Positions 11,346 through 21,233 of a stretch of DNA of 33,681 bases are shown here, in pieces; position 1 is the first letter of the stretch; every line of letters begins with the position of its first letter. The notes beneath the pieces were generated by a model that worked only from the letters and a program-made list of their open reading frames with translations, did not search any database and was not told where the DNA came from. This DNA is from an uncultured Wenzhouxiangellaceae bacterium. Lineage in GTDB: Bacteria > Pseudomonadota > Gammaproteobacteria > Xanthomonadales > SZUA-36. A program made the translations under genes and the position numbers. The stretch is from the NCBI GenBank assembly GCA_964511515.1, contig CAZEFU010000001.1, forward strand, positions 1 through 33,681, in the 5' to 3' direction.

Positions 11346-12338
11346 CTATTTGCTCGCCAATAAGGTAAGCACCGCAAAATGCGGAGTGCGTTTCTCAATT
11401 GAGGAAGTAGTGCAGAAATTCACTTCCAAACCAGCAGTTTTACAAAAATCACGTAACTCTGGCTCATCAAAACCCTGATTTACGTGATCGAAAGCTGAAA
11501 CAGCGCGGGTATGGGCATGCTGACGCAAGGTCACAGCCAACAGATTACCACCAGTCTTGAGTACTCTGGATGCCTCATCAAACACCCTTTGTGGCTCTTG
11601 GGTATAGGTAAGCGCATGCATCAGCAGCACGGTATCCATGGATTGATCGGCAAATGGAAGATTGTGCATATCGCCCTTGTGGAAGCTTACATTCTGTCTG
11701 TCTTTAAGGCGTTTTTTGCCTGCCTCGAGAATCCGGTCACTGATATCCAGGCAATGGATGCTTTTGGCATGACCCGCCAGTAATTCTGCCATTACTCCAT
11801 CTCCGGAAGCAATATCCAGCACATCGCCAAGCTCTAGTAGATGCACCAAAGCCCTGGTGGTGGCCTCCCATGTACGCCCGGGTGAATAACGCCGTTCCAT
11901 ATCACCGGCAACAGAATCAGCCCAGCTCCGTCCTGCAGAACGCTGGGCAAGAATATCGGCTATGCGTTGGCGATCTTGTTCAATTAAGGGGTCAGCCACG
12001 CTATCGCGAAAAATCTCCCATAAAGCGGCTGTTTGGCGATCATTTTGCTGCGAACTTAGGCGGTAGAACACAGAAGCGCCTGCGCGCCGGTCATTTACCA
12101 AGCCAGCTTCGCGTAATTTGGCCAGGTGGGTAGATACTCGTGGTTGCGCCAGGCGAGTAATAGCAGCCAGCTCAGCCACACTAAGTTCTTCAGATTCAAG
12201 CAAAAACAGCAACCTTGCCCGAGTTGTATCAGATAATAGCCGAATTAGTTGCGATGCAGATTGCAGGTCGATCAGGTTTCTCCTTGAATCATTTATAGAG
12301 CAATAATGCCCGAGGTGGAGTTTAAACTCAATCTCCAT
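11346..12338 (-). CDS. ArsR/SmtB-family HTH fused to a class I SAM-dependent methyltransferase-like domain (SahR-like architecture)
   Basis: The N-terminal region reads LLSDTTRARLLFLLESEELSVAELAAITRLAQPRVSTHLAKLREAGLV (ArsR wHTH). The C-terminal region has the methyltransferase motif I VLDIASGDG and a type-11 fold (VLLMHAL...LKTGGNLL). Confidence 0.85.
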   Translation of the reverse strand: MEIEFKLHLGHYCSINDSRRNLIDLQSASQLIRLLSDTTRARLLFLLESEELSVAELAAITRLAQPRVSTHLAKLREAGLVNDRRAGASVFYRLSSQQNDRQTAALWEIFRDSVADPLIEQDRQRIADILAQRSAGRSWADSVAGDMERRYSPGRTWEATTRALVHLLELGDVLDIASGDGVMAELLAGHAKSIHCLDISDRILEAGKKRLKDRQNVSFHKGDMHNLPFADQSMDTVLLMHALTYTQEPQRVFDEASRVLKTGGNLLAVTLRQHAHTRAVSAFDHVNQGFDEPELRDFCKTAGLEVNFCTTSSIEKRTPHFAVLTLLASK

Positions 12339-12646
12339 AATATCCTAAGACTGTGAGCTTTTAATGAGAGAATCACAGAAGATAGTTTACAGGCGCTGTA
12401 AATCTAGAAATATATACAGTTAATACGGCTATATTTTCTATATCAGCGGCTGTTAATAGTGAATGGTATTGGTGAAATAGTGGTTTGATCTCCGCTCTAG
12501 ATTGAAGAGTGTAGTGACTGCGGTATGAACAGATTTCGTTCAGGAATTTAATAAACTGTATGTTGCTCATCAATTAACCATTAGATGTGCGGTAATCGGG
12601 GCAAAGGTTTATAATCTTGCATATCAATTTATTGGAAAAATGCAGC

Positions 12647-13813
12647 ATGGACTTTAACTTAAGCGAAGAACAGGAAATGATTCAGGCAGCAGCCCGTGAT
12701 TTTGCTATTAGCGAAATTTTACCGGTGGCGGCTGAGTTTGATGCTAGTGGGGAATTTCCGTTGGATAATATTCGGCAAATGGGTGAATTAGGCTTGATGG
12801 GAATTGAAGTGCCTGAAAAGTACGGTGGGGCTGGAATGGATCCAGTTGCCTATGTGCTGGCAATGATTGAAATAGCCAAAGCAGATGCTGCACACTCGAC
12901 CATTATGTCAGTAAATAACTCGCTTTTTTGTCATGGAATCCTTAAGCACGGCAATGAAGATCAAAAACAGAAGTTTGTGCGCGATATTGCCACTGGTAAA
13001 AAGATTGGTGCTTATGCCCTAACTGAACCGCAATCGGGTTCTGATGCAGCCGCCATGCGTACCCGTGCGGTGCTTAGTGATGATGGCAGTCATTACGTGA
13101 TTAATGGCAAGAAATCCTGGATTACTTCAGGGCCGGTGGCTGATTATGTGGTGTTGTTTGCAGTCACTGATCCAGAGCAGGGCACCCGGGGCATCTCTGC
13201 ATTTATTGTTGAGACTGATAAACCCGGATTTATTCGTGGTAAAACCGAACCAAAATTGGGTATTCGGGCATCGGCAACCTGTGAAATAGAGTTCGAAGAT
13301 TATAAATGTCCAGCAGAAAATCTGCTCGGTGAAGAAGGGCGTGGCTTTGCCAATGCCATGGGAGTTCTTGATGCTGGTCGCATTGGTATTGCTTCTCAAG
13401 CAATAGGTATTGCGACTGCAGCGTTTGAAGCAAGCGTAGAGTATTCGCGTGATCGCGAGGCATTTGGGAAACCCATTGGGACCTTTCAGATGACGCAAGC
13501 TAAAATTGCCGATATGAAAACCCGAATTGAGGCCTCCAGATTATTAACTTTCCAGGCAGCAATGGCAAAGCAAAAATATGATCGAGGCGAGGGTGGACGC
13601 TATAGTTTACAGGCGGCAATGGCCAAGTTATTTGCCTCTGAAACCGCAATGTTTGTTGCCCATCAGGCAGTTCAAATTCATGGCGGCATGGGCTACAGCA
13701 GGGAAATGCCTATAGAAAGGTATTTTCGTGACGCTAAAATTACTGAAATATATGAAGGCACCAGTGAGATCCAAAGGCTGGTTATTTCACGCGATGTGAC
13801 TAGTATCAGATGA
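12647..13813 (+). CDS. Acyl-CoA dehydrogenase, short-chain/butyryl-CoA dehydrogenase-like
   Basis: It opens MDFNLSEEQEMIQ and carries ALTEPQSGSDAAAM, GKKSWITSG and the catalytic-Glu region ITEIYEGTSEIQRLVI. It is co-linear with bacterial butyryl-CoA dehydrogenases. The ATG at 12647 is preferred over the track's TTG at 12617. Confidence 0.9.
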   Translation: MDFNLSEEQEMIQAAARDFAISEILPVAAEFDASGEFPLDNIRQMGELGLMGIEVPEKYGGAGMDPVAYVLAMIEIAKADAAHSTIMSVNNSLFCHGILKHGNEDQKQKFVRDIATGKKIGAYALTEPQSGSDAAAMRTRAVLSDDGSHYVINGKKSWITSGPVADYVVLFAVTDPEQGTRGISAFIVETDKPGFIRGKTEPKLGIRASATCEIEFEDYKCPAENLLGEEGRGFANAMGVLDAGRIGIASQAIGIATAAFEASVEYSRDREAFGKPIGTFQMTQAKIADMKTRIEASRLLTFQAAMAKQKYDRGEGGRYSLQAAMAKLFASETAMFVAHQAVQIHGGMGYSREMPIERYFRDAKITEIYEGTSEIQRLVISRDVTSIR

Positions 13814-13867
13814 ATTTAAGATAGCAGATTTTTGTATTCTGATAGCCGCTTTGGGAGATAGGCTGAG

Positions 13868-16800
13868 ATGACTGAAATTAAAGAGATTAGAGCAGCAGTA
13901 GCAGCTTTATTGAAAGCTCGAGAAGATCTACCCTTTACAGATCTTAGGCTCTTGGCTGAGGAGTTTTTCAGGCAGGCAACAGCGGATGAATTTTTAGAGC
14001 GCTCACCGGATGAATTGGCAGGTCGGATAACAGACCTGTACCAGTTTATCGAGCAGCGCGATAAAGGCGCTTCTAAAGTACGAATATTTAACCCCGAAGC
14101 TGAAAAGAATGGCTGGGACAGCAGTGCCAGTGTCATTCAGTTAAATAACCCTGACGGTCCGTTCTTAGTTGATTCCATTAGTTTGTTACTGGCAGAGGGT
14201 GATATTGGTATTCATCACTTATTCCATCCAGTAATCAATGTAGTTCGCGATGAAAGTGGCAAGTTGCTGCGTATTCTTTCAGCCGAGAAAAGTAAAAAAG
14301 ATAAAGATTCGGTATCCGAGTCCTTGATTTATTTGGTTGTAGATCGGCTAAGTAAAGATCGTTTGCAACGACTTAAGAAAGTTATCTATAAAGTTCTAGC
14401 AGAACTAAAATTGGTGGTTGCAGATTGGCGGCCAATGGTCGAGAAGGCTCTTGAGACTTCTGCTGCATTAACCGCTGATAGTGACTCTAAAAGTAGAGAT
14501 GATAGTGCTGATGCGAGCAGATTTATTAGCTGGTTGGCCGATGATAATTTCATCTTCTTTGGTTATCGGCAGTACAAAATAAGTGGCAAAGGGGATGCTA
14601 GAGTCTTACAAATCGTACCTGAAAGCGGTTTAGGTATATTAGACGAGCAGCATTCTCCAGGAGCACCACGCCCACTATCAAGCCTGCCAGCAATTGATAT
14701 CAACAGCAGCAAAGATAAACCTGACTTACTGATTATTACCAAAACAAGCACTCGATCAAGTATTCATCGTAGTGGTTATATGGACTACATTGGGGTCAAA
14801 ATATTCGATAAGAAGGGCAAGGCTATTGGCGAGCATCGCTTTATTGGCCTGTTTACTTCTAATGCATATACTCGAAGTGCCTGGGATACTCCTCTAATTA
14901 GGGCCAGGGTTGAGGCTGTTATGCAGCATTCAGGTTTGCGTCCAGACTCACATGCATGGAAAGCTCTAATTCATATTCTGGAGACTTTACCACGCGATGA
15001 ATTGTTTCAATCTACAGTTGCCGAGCTATCATCTTTGGCACTGGCTATTCTTAAATTACAGGAGCGCCAACGCACGCGATTATTAATTCGCCGTGAGCTT
15101 TTTGGGCGCTTTTACTCCTGCATGTTGTTTATTCCAAGAGATCGATTTAATACTGAAAACCGACGAGCCATTCAGACCATTCTGAAACGCTGTCTTAAAG
15201 GTGAACGCATAGATTATCAAGTTCAGGTATCTGACTCCCCATTAGCTCGCCTGCATATCGTAGTGCGTCCTAGAGCCGGAGAGGATCCTCAATTTGATGT
15301 TGCTGAAATAGAAGCCAAAATCGTTAAAGCTGTGCGTTCATGGGAAGATGAATTAAAGCAAATTTTAATTCAAAAACAAGGTGAGACCGATGGCCTTGCT
15401 GTTTTTGAGAAGTTTAATCGTGCTGTACCGCTTTCTTATACTGAAGATGTGTCGCCTTGGGTAGCCAGCTTTGATCTGCAAAATATGGCAGAGCTCACCG
15501 ATGAGAACGATCTGGGTATGAGCCTGTACCGGCCGCGCAAGAAGCGCATGGGAGTACTGCGGTTTAAGGTATTCAAATACTCAAGACCGATTCCACTCAC
15601 AGAAGTGCTACCAATGCTGGAGAATCTCGGGCTAAGTATTGTTAGTGAGAGACCATATGAGTTCCGCCTAACTGCAGATAAATCCATTTGGGTTCAAGAT
15701 TTCGATATGGTGCTAGCCACTGGCGGCGATCTCGATATCGAAGCTGTGCGTGAAAATATGCAAACTGCATTTGAGCGCACTTGGCGTGGCCACAATGAGA
15801 GTGATAGCTTTAACCGATTGGTGCTTTCAGCGCGTTTACACTGGCGCCAAATCACTATTTTACGGGCTTATTGTAAATACCTGTTGCAAACAGGGATGCC
15901 ATTTTCACAGGCATATATGGCACAAACCCTTGAAAACTATCCATTACTAGCACGCTTGTTAGTGGATTTGTTCGAAACCGAGTTTGACCCAGCACGAGAT
16001 AAGGAAAGCGAAGCCGGTGCACGCCGTCGTGGCGGGCGTATGCAAAAAGCATATGCGGTGCTGCATGAGGATACTGCATCAGCTTTAGGTGAATATTTGC
16101 AAGCTGCAGTAGATGCGCGCGGTAGCGGTAAGCGCGCTGCCCAAATAAAGACTCTTAAGGCTGCAATTCTTTGTGCCCTGGAATCAGTTGCAAGTTTAGA
16201 TCAAGATAGAATATTGCGCGCCTTTTGCAATCTAATTTTGGCTACTCTAAGAAGTAATTATTTCCGCAGTGATGAAGCAGGAAACCCACGCGAATATTTA
16301 TCTTTCAAAATAGATTCTGCCCTAGTTGTAGATTTACCCAAGCCATGTCCATTCCGAGAGATTTGGGTTTATTCTCCACGCGTTGAAGGAATTCATTTGC
16401 GCATGGGCAAGGTTGCCAGAGGTGGTCTACGGTGGTCTGATCGTCGGGAAGATTTCCGCACCGAAGTGCTGGGCTTGATGAAAGCCCAAAATGTAAAAAA
16501 CACAATGATAGTTCCAGTTGGTGCCAAGGGCGGTTTTGTAGTTAAAAGAATGCCTGAAGGTGATCGAGAAACCGTAATGAAAGAGGTTGTGCATTGCTAT
16601 AAAAGCTTTATTCGCGGGCTTTTAGATATCAGTGACAACCTTGTTGAAGATGAGGTTTTGCCACCGCCAGATGTGCTTCGACTGGACGAGGATGACCCTT
16701 ATCTGGTGGTAGCAGCTGATAAAGGCACAGCTACTTTCTCCGATACTGCCAATGAAGTTGCAGCTGAGTATGGTTTCTGGTTGGGTGATGCCTTTGCCTC

Positions 16801-18811
16801 CGGTGGTTCGGTGGGTTATGACCATAAGGTTATGGGTATTACTGCCAAAGGTGCCTGGGAATCTGTAAAACGGCATTTCCGCGAACTTGGAGTAGATACG
16901 CAAACAGAAGATTTTACAGTTGTTGGCATTGGCGATATGGCTGGTGATGTGTTTGGTAACGGAATGTTGCTTTCCGAGCATATTCGCTTGCAAGCAGCAT
17001 TTAATCATATGCATATCTTCCTTGACCCTGATCCAGATGCTGCCAGTAGCTTTGCCGAACGACAACGCATGTTTGCGCTACCGCGCTCCAGTTGGGATGA
17101 TTACAACCACAAGTTAATATCCAAAGGTGGCGGTGTTTTCTCAAGGCAACTGAAGTCCATTGAGCTAAGCCCACAAGTTAGGAAATGGCTGGGTGTGGAT
17201 GAAAAGCAAATGACACCAACTCAGCTAATAATATTGCTGTTAAAAGCTAAAGTTGACCTGCTCTGGAATGGTGGCATTGGTACCTATGTTAAGGCTGCTT
17301 CAGAGAGTAACGCTGATGCTGGCGATACTGCAAATAATATACTACGAATTAATGGTTCTGAGCTAAATTGCAAGGTTGTAGGCGAGGGCGGAAACTTGGG
17401 CTTTACCCAGCTTGGCAGGGTGGAATATGCATTCTCTGGTGGGCGGATCAATACTGACTTTATTGATAATTCCGCCGGTGTGGATTGCTCAGATCATGAA
17501 GTAAATATAAAAATATTACTCAACCAGCTTATGCGTCAGGATAAATTGGATTTTAAATCTAGAAATGAATTACTAGTTGAAATGACAGCTGATGTTGATC
17601 AACTGGTGCTGCGCTCTAACTATCTGCAATCACAAACCATTTCCATGATGGAACGCTTAACTGGCGCCAGATTAGGCGCCAAAGCACATTTTATTGAGTC
17701 TCTAGAGCAACAAGGATTACTGGATCGCGAGTTGGAGTTTCTGCCATCAGATGAAGATATTGAACAACGTCGTAGCACAGGTAAAGGTCTTACCAGACCA
17801 GAGCTATCAACTTTGCTCTCCTATGCAAAAATTGTGTTGTATCAGCAGTTACTGAAATCTGATCTACCTGACGATGAATATTTGCGTACCGAGTTGTTTG
17901 ATTACTTTCCAACAGCAATTCAGCAACGCTATCCAGATGAGATGCACCAGCATCGGTTGAAACGCGAAATCATCACTACTATGGTTACCAATTCGATAGT
18001 GAATCGAATGGGAGCGTCATTTTGTTTGATGATGCAAGAAGCAACTGGGCATAGTCCGGGTGAAGTTAGCAGAGCATTTCTGATTGCCCGCGATGCCTTT
18101 GACCTAGACCCTTTGTGGTTGGCTGTTGAGGCCTTGGATAATAAAGTTTCAGCTACAGTGCAGACTGATGCGCTGCTCGTGGTTTGGAAGCTGTTGCGAC
18201 AGGCTGTGCGCTGGTTGTTGGTACAAGCTGATCTAGAATTAGATATCAAACTTCAAGTTGATCGCCTGAAGCCTGGTATTACCAAGTTAGCGGCAAGTGT
18301 ATCGAGCCTATTGAATAAAGATGATCAGCGCCTGCTCTCATCTCAGGTACAAAGATATGTAGGCTCAGGGCTTGCAGATGAGCTTGCCAATACTCTTGCA
18401 CTTCTACCGCGTTTAACATCTGCATTAGATATTGTTGATGAAGCAGGGCGCAGAGATTTACCCGTGGAGAAAGTTGCCGCAGTATATTTCCAGCTTGGTC
18501 AAACCATGAACCTGAAGTGGCTGATGCAGCAAATTGAAGAACTGGATGTAGAAGGGCAATGGGATGCCGCGGCTAGAAATATTTTACGCGAGGAGTTGTT
18601 CCGGCAACATCGTGGACTCGCCGGGCAGGTATTGGTTGCTTATGGAGATGCCGGTGATGAAACTGTCAGCCGCTGGCTGGGTGATAACAAAGATGAATTG
18701 GATCGGGTAATCGAATTACTGGCCGATATGCGTACACTTCAAGAGCTTGATTACGCGACGATTTCAGTAGCAGTTAACTCGCTGCGTAGTTTGCTCAAAG
18801 AACCGGTCTAA
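13868..18811 (+). CDS. gdhB: Large (about 180 kDa class) NAD-specific glutamate dehydrogenase
   Basis: A single 1647-aa ORF. The central catalytic region reads RGGLRWSDRREDFRTEVLGLMKAQNVKNTMIVPVGAKGGFV and VVAADKGTATFSDTAN, with a dinucleotide fold GIGDMAGDVFGNGML. The size and layout match the Pseudomonas/Streptomyces GdhB class. Confidence 0.93.
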   Translation: MTEIKEIRAAVAALLKAREDLPFTDLRLLAEEFFRQATADEFLERSPDELAGRITDLYQFIEQRDKGASKVRIFNPEAEKNGWDSSASVIQLNNPDGPFLVDSISLLLAEGDIGIHHLFHPVINVVRDESGKLLRILSAEKSKKDKDSVSESLIYLVVDRLSKDRLQRLKKVIYKVLAELKLVVADWRPMVEKALETSAALTADSDSKSRDDSADASRFISWLADDNFIFFGYRQYKISGKGDARVLQIVPESGLGILDEQHSPGAPRPLSSLPAIDINSSKDKPDLLIITKTSTRSSIHRSGYMDYIGVKIFDKKGKAIGEHRFIGLFTSNAYTRSAWDTPLIRARVEAVMQHSGLRPDSHAWKALIHILETLPRDELFQSTVAELSSLALAILKLQERQRTRLLIRRELFGRFYSCMLFIPRDRFNTENRRAIQTILKRCLKGERIDYQVQVSDSPLARLHIVVRPRAGEDPQFDVAEIEAKIVKAVRSWEDELKQILIQKQGETDGLAVFEKFNRAVPLSYTEDVSPWVASFDLQNMAELTDENDLGMSLYRPRKKRMGVLRFKVFKYSRPIPLTEVLPMLENLGLSIVSERPYEFRLTADKSIWVQDFDMVLATGGDLDIEAVRENMQTAFERTWRGHNESDSFNRLVLSARLHWRQITILRAYCKYLLQTGMPFSQAYMAQTLENYPLLARLLVDLFETEFDPARDKESEAGARRRGGRMQKAYAVLHEDTASALGEYLQAAVDARGSGKRAAQIKTLKAAILCALESVASLDQDRILRAFCNLILATLRSNYFRSDEAGNPREYLSFKIDSALVVDLPKPCPFREIWVYSPRVEGIHLRMGKVARGGLRWSDRREDFRTEVLGLMKAQNVKNTMIVPVGAKGGFVVKRMPEGDRETVMKEVVHCYKSFIRGLLDISDNLVEDEVLPPPDVLRLDEDDPYLVVAADKGTATFSDTANEVAAEYGFWLGDAFASGGSVGYDHKVMGITAKGAWESVKRHFRELGVDTQTEDFTVVGIGDMAGDVFGNGMLLSEHIRLQAAFNHMHIFLDPDPDAASSFAERQRMFALPRSSWDDYNHKLISKGGGVFSRQLKSIELSPQVRKWLGVDEKQMTPTQLIILLLKAKVDLLWNGGIGTYVKAASESNADAGDTANNILRINGSELNCKVVGEGGNLGFTQLGRVEYAFSGGRINTDFIDNSAGVDCSDHEVNIKILLNQLMRQDKLDFKSRNELLVEMTADVDQLVLRSNYLQSQTISMMERLTGARLGAKAHFIESLEQQGLLDRELEFLPSDEDIEQRRSTGKGLTRPELSTLLSYAKIVLYQQLLKSDLPDDEYLRTELFDYFPTAIQQRYPDEMHQHRLKREIITTMVTNSIVNRMGASFCLMMQEATGHSPGEVSRAFLIARDAFDLDPLWLAVEALDNKVSATVQTDALLVVWKLLRQAVRWLLVQADLELDIKLQVDRLKPGITKLAASVSSLLNKDDQRLLSSQVQRYVGSGLADELANTLALLPRLTSALDIVDEAGRRDLPVEKVAAVYFQLGQTMNLKWLMQQIEELDVEGQWDAAARNILREELFRQHRGLAGQVLVAYGDAGDETVSRWLGDNKDELDRVIELLADMRTLQELDYATISVAVNSLRSLLKEPV

Positions 18812-19575
18812 TGGCACGGTTGCGTCTGCATATAGTTGGCTCCAGGCACACTCAAACACCGGCTGCCCTGGCCGAGTTAAAATCCAGATACGGGCATGTG
18901 CCACTGGATTCAGCAGATGTAATTGTTGCCCTTGGTGGAGATGGCTTTATGTTACGGGTTCTGCATAAATTTGTTGATACAGGACTACCAGTCTATGGTA
19001 TGCGTTTAGGCAGAGTTGGTTTTTTGATGAACAGGTATCAGAATGATGACTTACTGCAAAGGCTAGATCAGGCCGATTGCGTAGCTCTTAAACCACTGAA
19101 AATGGAAGCATTGACAGCAAGTGGCGAGAGGCATACAGCCATGGCAATAAATGAAGTTTCATTATTGCGCCAGAAAAACCAGGCGGCACACCTGCAAATT
19201 ACTGTTAATAATGCCGTAAAAATTGAAGAGCTGGTAGCGGATGGTGTGTTGGTGGCGACCGCTGCTGGTAGTAGTGCGTATAATTTTTCTGCCTATGGGC
19301 CAATCTTGCCGCTGGACTCGAATGCTTTGGCGCTCACCCCGATTTCACCGTTCAGACCACGCCGCTGGCGCGGGGCGGTACTGCCGGCGGCAGTGAAAAT
19401 AGTTATTGATTTGCTAGACCATCAACAACGGCCAGTTAGTGCGACCGCCGACTTCATAGAAGTACGGGATGTGGTCAGGGTAGCAATTACCGAAGACCAG
19501 CAAACCAATCTAAAGTTAATGTTTGACCCGGATCATTCTCTGGAAGAACGCATTCTAAACGAACAGTTCAGATAA
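18811..19575 (+). CDS. nadK: NAD kinase (short, about 255-aa type)
   Basis: It carries the GGDGFML motif, VGFLMN, NEVSL and DGVLVATAAGSSAYNFSAYGPI. The start ATG shares one base with the gdhB stop (TAATG). Confidence 0.85.
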   Translation: MARLRLHIVGSRHTQTPAALAELKSRYGHVPLDSADVIVALGGDGFMLRVLHKFVDTGLPVYGMRLGRVGFLMNRYQNDDLLQRLDQADCVALKPLKMEALTASGERHTAMAINEVSLLRQKNQAAHLQITVNNAVKIEELVADGVLVATAAGSSAYNFSAYGPILPLDSNALALTPISPFRPRRWRGAVLPAAVKIVIDLLDHQQRPVSATADFIEVRDVVRVAITEDQQTNLKLMFDPDHSLEERILNEQFR

Positions 19576-19696
19576 ATACTCATCTGCAAGCCTCTATTAC
19601 CTTGGTTGAAAGGACGCATGGGAGTATAAGTCGACTTACGCAAAGGTTCAGTAAGATATTGGATTTTAAATTAATGAATGGACACGGAACACCGAT

Positions 19697-21193
19697 ATGG
19701 AAATCAATATGATAAGAAGAATGACACTATTAACAATGCTCTTTGTTAGCGTGGGCAATACATCATATGCTGCTGAGTACTGGGTAGCAAAAAATGGTGA
19801 TGACGATAACAATTGCAGTAATGCAAGCAATGATGCCTGTTTGACCATCCAGAAAGGTATCAGCATGGCGACTCAGGCAGGTGATACTGTAAATATAGCA
19901 GCAGGAACTTATATAGAAGATACCTCTACGAGTCCTTATACAAGCAGAGCCGGGTGGCTCGATGGTGACTATGCCAGCCTGGGACTTGATTATAGTGGAA
20001 CACCTGGAAACCTAATCACCATACAAGCGGCTCCTGGTGCTGAAGGTGAGGTCATTATTGATAGTGAAATGGCTCGACTCGGACTAACTACAAGGAATCT
20101 CGATTATGTTCATATTAAGGGTTTGACTTTTATTAATAATAAAATAATTGGTATTGCATCCTGGGGGCAAACCAGTAATGCTGTGGCAGATGAATCCAGG
20201 CTTGCTATTGGTATAGTTGTTGAAAATTGTTACATATACAATACAAGTGGAGCATGGGGGAAGAATGTATCCGCAATTGGTATGTGGGGCTCTAAAGACT
20301 GGGTTGTGAGAAATAACAAGATTGAGAAAGTTGTTACTACTACACAAAATGAATCAGGTATTCAGGCTTATGGTGTTATTAATGCACTGATTGAGCATAA
20401 CGATATTTCAGATGTAAAAAACGGCATCTTCTGGAAAGATCACTTTATTACAGATCTAGCTACCCGAGGCAAGGTTAACGAATCTGAGATTAGATTTAAT
20501 AAGATTGAGGCAACAGACAGGCCGATTTGGGTTGGCATCAGGGCTACTAACTCTGTTGAGGCAGGAGATAATTATATACATCATAATATTTTATTCGGAC
20601 ATGGCTCCAATGAGGAGGGTGGTGTGAGTATAGAAATGGCTAGTGCTTTTGCACAAAGTGGCAGTGTGCGGATTGAACACAACTTGATTGATGGGGAAAA
20701 TATCACCCACTCCCGAGGTATTAAAGTTGACTCATCTGAAAATATTACAGTAAAGGGCAATATAATTATTCGCACTAAAGTGAATGCAGAATATACTACC
20801 TGGAACTCAAGTATAGCTTTAGGGAAGAAGCCCACTCTTAACTATTCGGATTACAATATCTACAATACTTTTAATCTTGTAATTTCTGCAGATAGCTATG
20901 GCAGTGCTTACCAGGGTTTTTCTGCTTTAAACATTTGGCAGACAGCCCTGGCTTCTCAATTTGTTTCACTAAATTTTGATAATCCAGATGCAAATAGCAT
21001 TGCTGTAAATCCAGCTGATTTATTTGATAACCTGGATAATAAAAACTACATATACAAAGCTGGTTCACCTGCCATAGGCATGATGCCGGATGGAACCAAC
21101 GCAGGTCCTTATCAGCTTGGCAATGAAGTCATTGGGTTGTTACCGCAGTGGCCTGCTGGTACAGGCCTGATATTTGCCAATGACTTTGAATAG
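19697..21193 (+). CDS. Secreted right-handed parallel beta-helix repeat protein (possible polysaccharide lyase/hydrolase/epimerase fold; function unknown), paralog A
   Basis: It has a Sec signal peptide (RRMTLLTMLFVSVGNTSYA|AE). The N-terminal cap YWVAKNGDDDNNCSN..DACLTIQKGI...GDTVNIAAGTY is typical of pectate-lyase-fold proteins. Repeated short I/V-x-N coils follow (VVENCYIYNT, VVRNNKIE, LIEHNDI, YIHHNIL, RIEHNLI, TVKGNII). It ends LIFANDFE-stop. The start could also be the in-frame ATG at 19709. Confidence 0.85.
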   Translation: MEINMIRRMTLLTMLFVSVGNTSYAAEYWVAKNGDDDNNCSNASNDACLTIQKGISMATQAGDTVNIAAGTYIEDTSTSPYTSRAGWLDGDYASLGLDYSGTPGNLITIQAAPGAEGEVIIDSEMARLGLTTRNLDYVHIKGLTFINNKIIGIASWGQTSNAVADESRLAIGIVVENCYIYNTSGAWGKNVSAIGMWGSKDWVVRNNKIEKVVTTTQNESGIQAYGVINALIEHNDISDVKNGIFWKDHFITDLATRGKVNESEIRFNKIEATDRPIWVGIRATNSVEAGDNYIHHNILFGHGSNEEGGVSIEMASAFAQSGSVRIEHNLIDGENITHSRGIKVDSSENITVKGNIIIRTKVNAEYTTWNSSIALGKKPTLNYSDYNIYNTFNLVISADSYGSAYQGFSALNIWQTALASQFVSLNFDNPDANSIAVNPADLFDNLDNKNYIYKAGSPAIGMMPDGTNAGPYQLGNEVIGLLPQWPAGTGLIFANDFE

Positions 21194-21233
21194 TTACTTC
21201 GCACAATATAAAACATAAATAAGAAAAACCAAG

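Noticed and set aside
12373-12573. A 66-aa ORF on the minus strand in the long spacer between the ArsR-methyltransferase gene and the acyl-CoA dehydrogenase gene.
   Set aside because: It has no recognisable family, no hydrophobic segment and no convincing Shine-Dalgarno, and it sits in AT-rich intergenic DNA where random ORFs of this size are expected. It is kept only as a remote possibility of a leader peptide.
13816-14136. Several long ORFs lie antisense or out of frame inside gdhB: 13816-14136, 15436-15687, 16622-17065 (147 aa) and 17929-18249. Similar ones lie inside the sat/cysC gene (6281-6673, 6941-7291).
   Set aside because: They are fully embedded in strongly supported, signature-bearing genes on the other strand or frame. 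Their translations are low-complexity (Ser/Cys/Arg-rich), so they are typical shadow ORFs.
19627-19638. A perfect 12-nt palindrome TAAGTCGACTTA lies downstream of nadK and upstream of the island. It could be a terminator or a regulator site.
   Set aside because: As a hairpin it would have only a 4-bp stem around a 4-nt loop and no following T-run, so it is not an intrinsic terminator. A single short palindrome with no second copy in the window is insufficient to call a binding site.
20581-20835. Antisense ORFs 20581-20835 (84 aa) and 24256-24444 (62 aa) have similar translations (…SIKLCSIRT.PL.AKA.AIS…), which could suggest a conserved antisense gene in both beta-helix paralogs.
   Set aside because: They lie opposite the most conserved segment of the sense genes (VRIEHNLIDG…GIKVD), so their similarity is an automatic by-product of sense-strand conservation. 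They have no independent start or RBS context.
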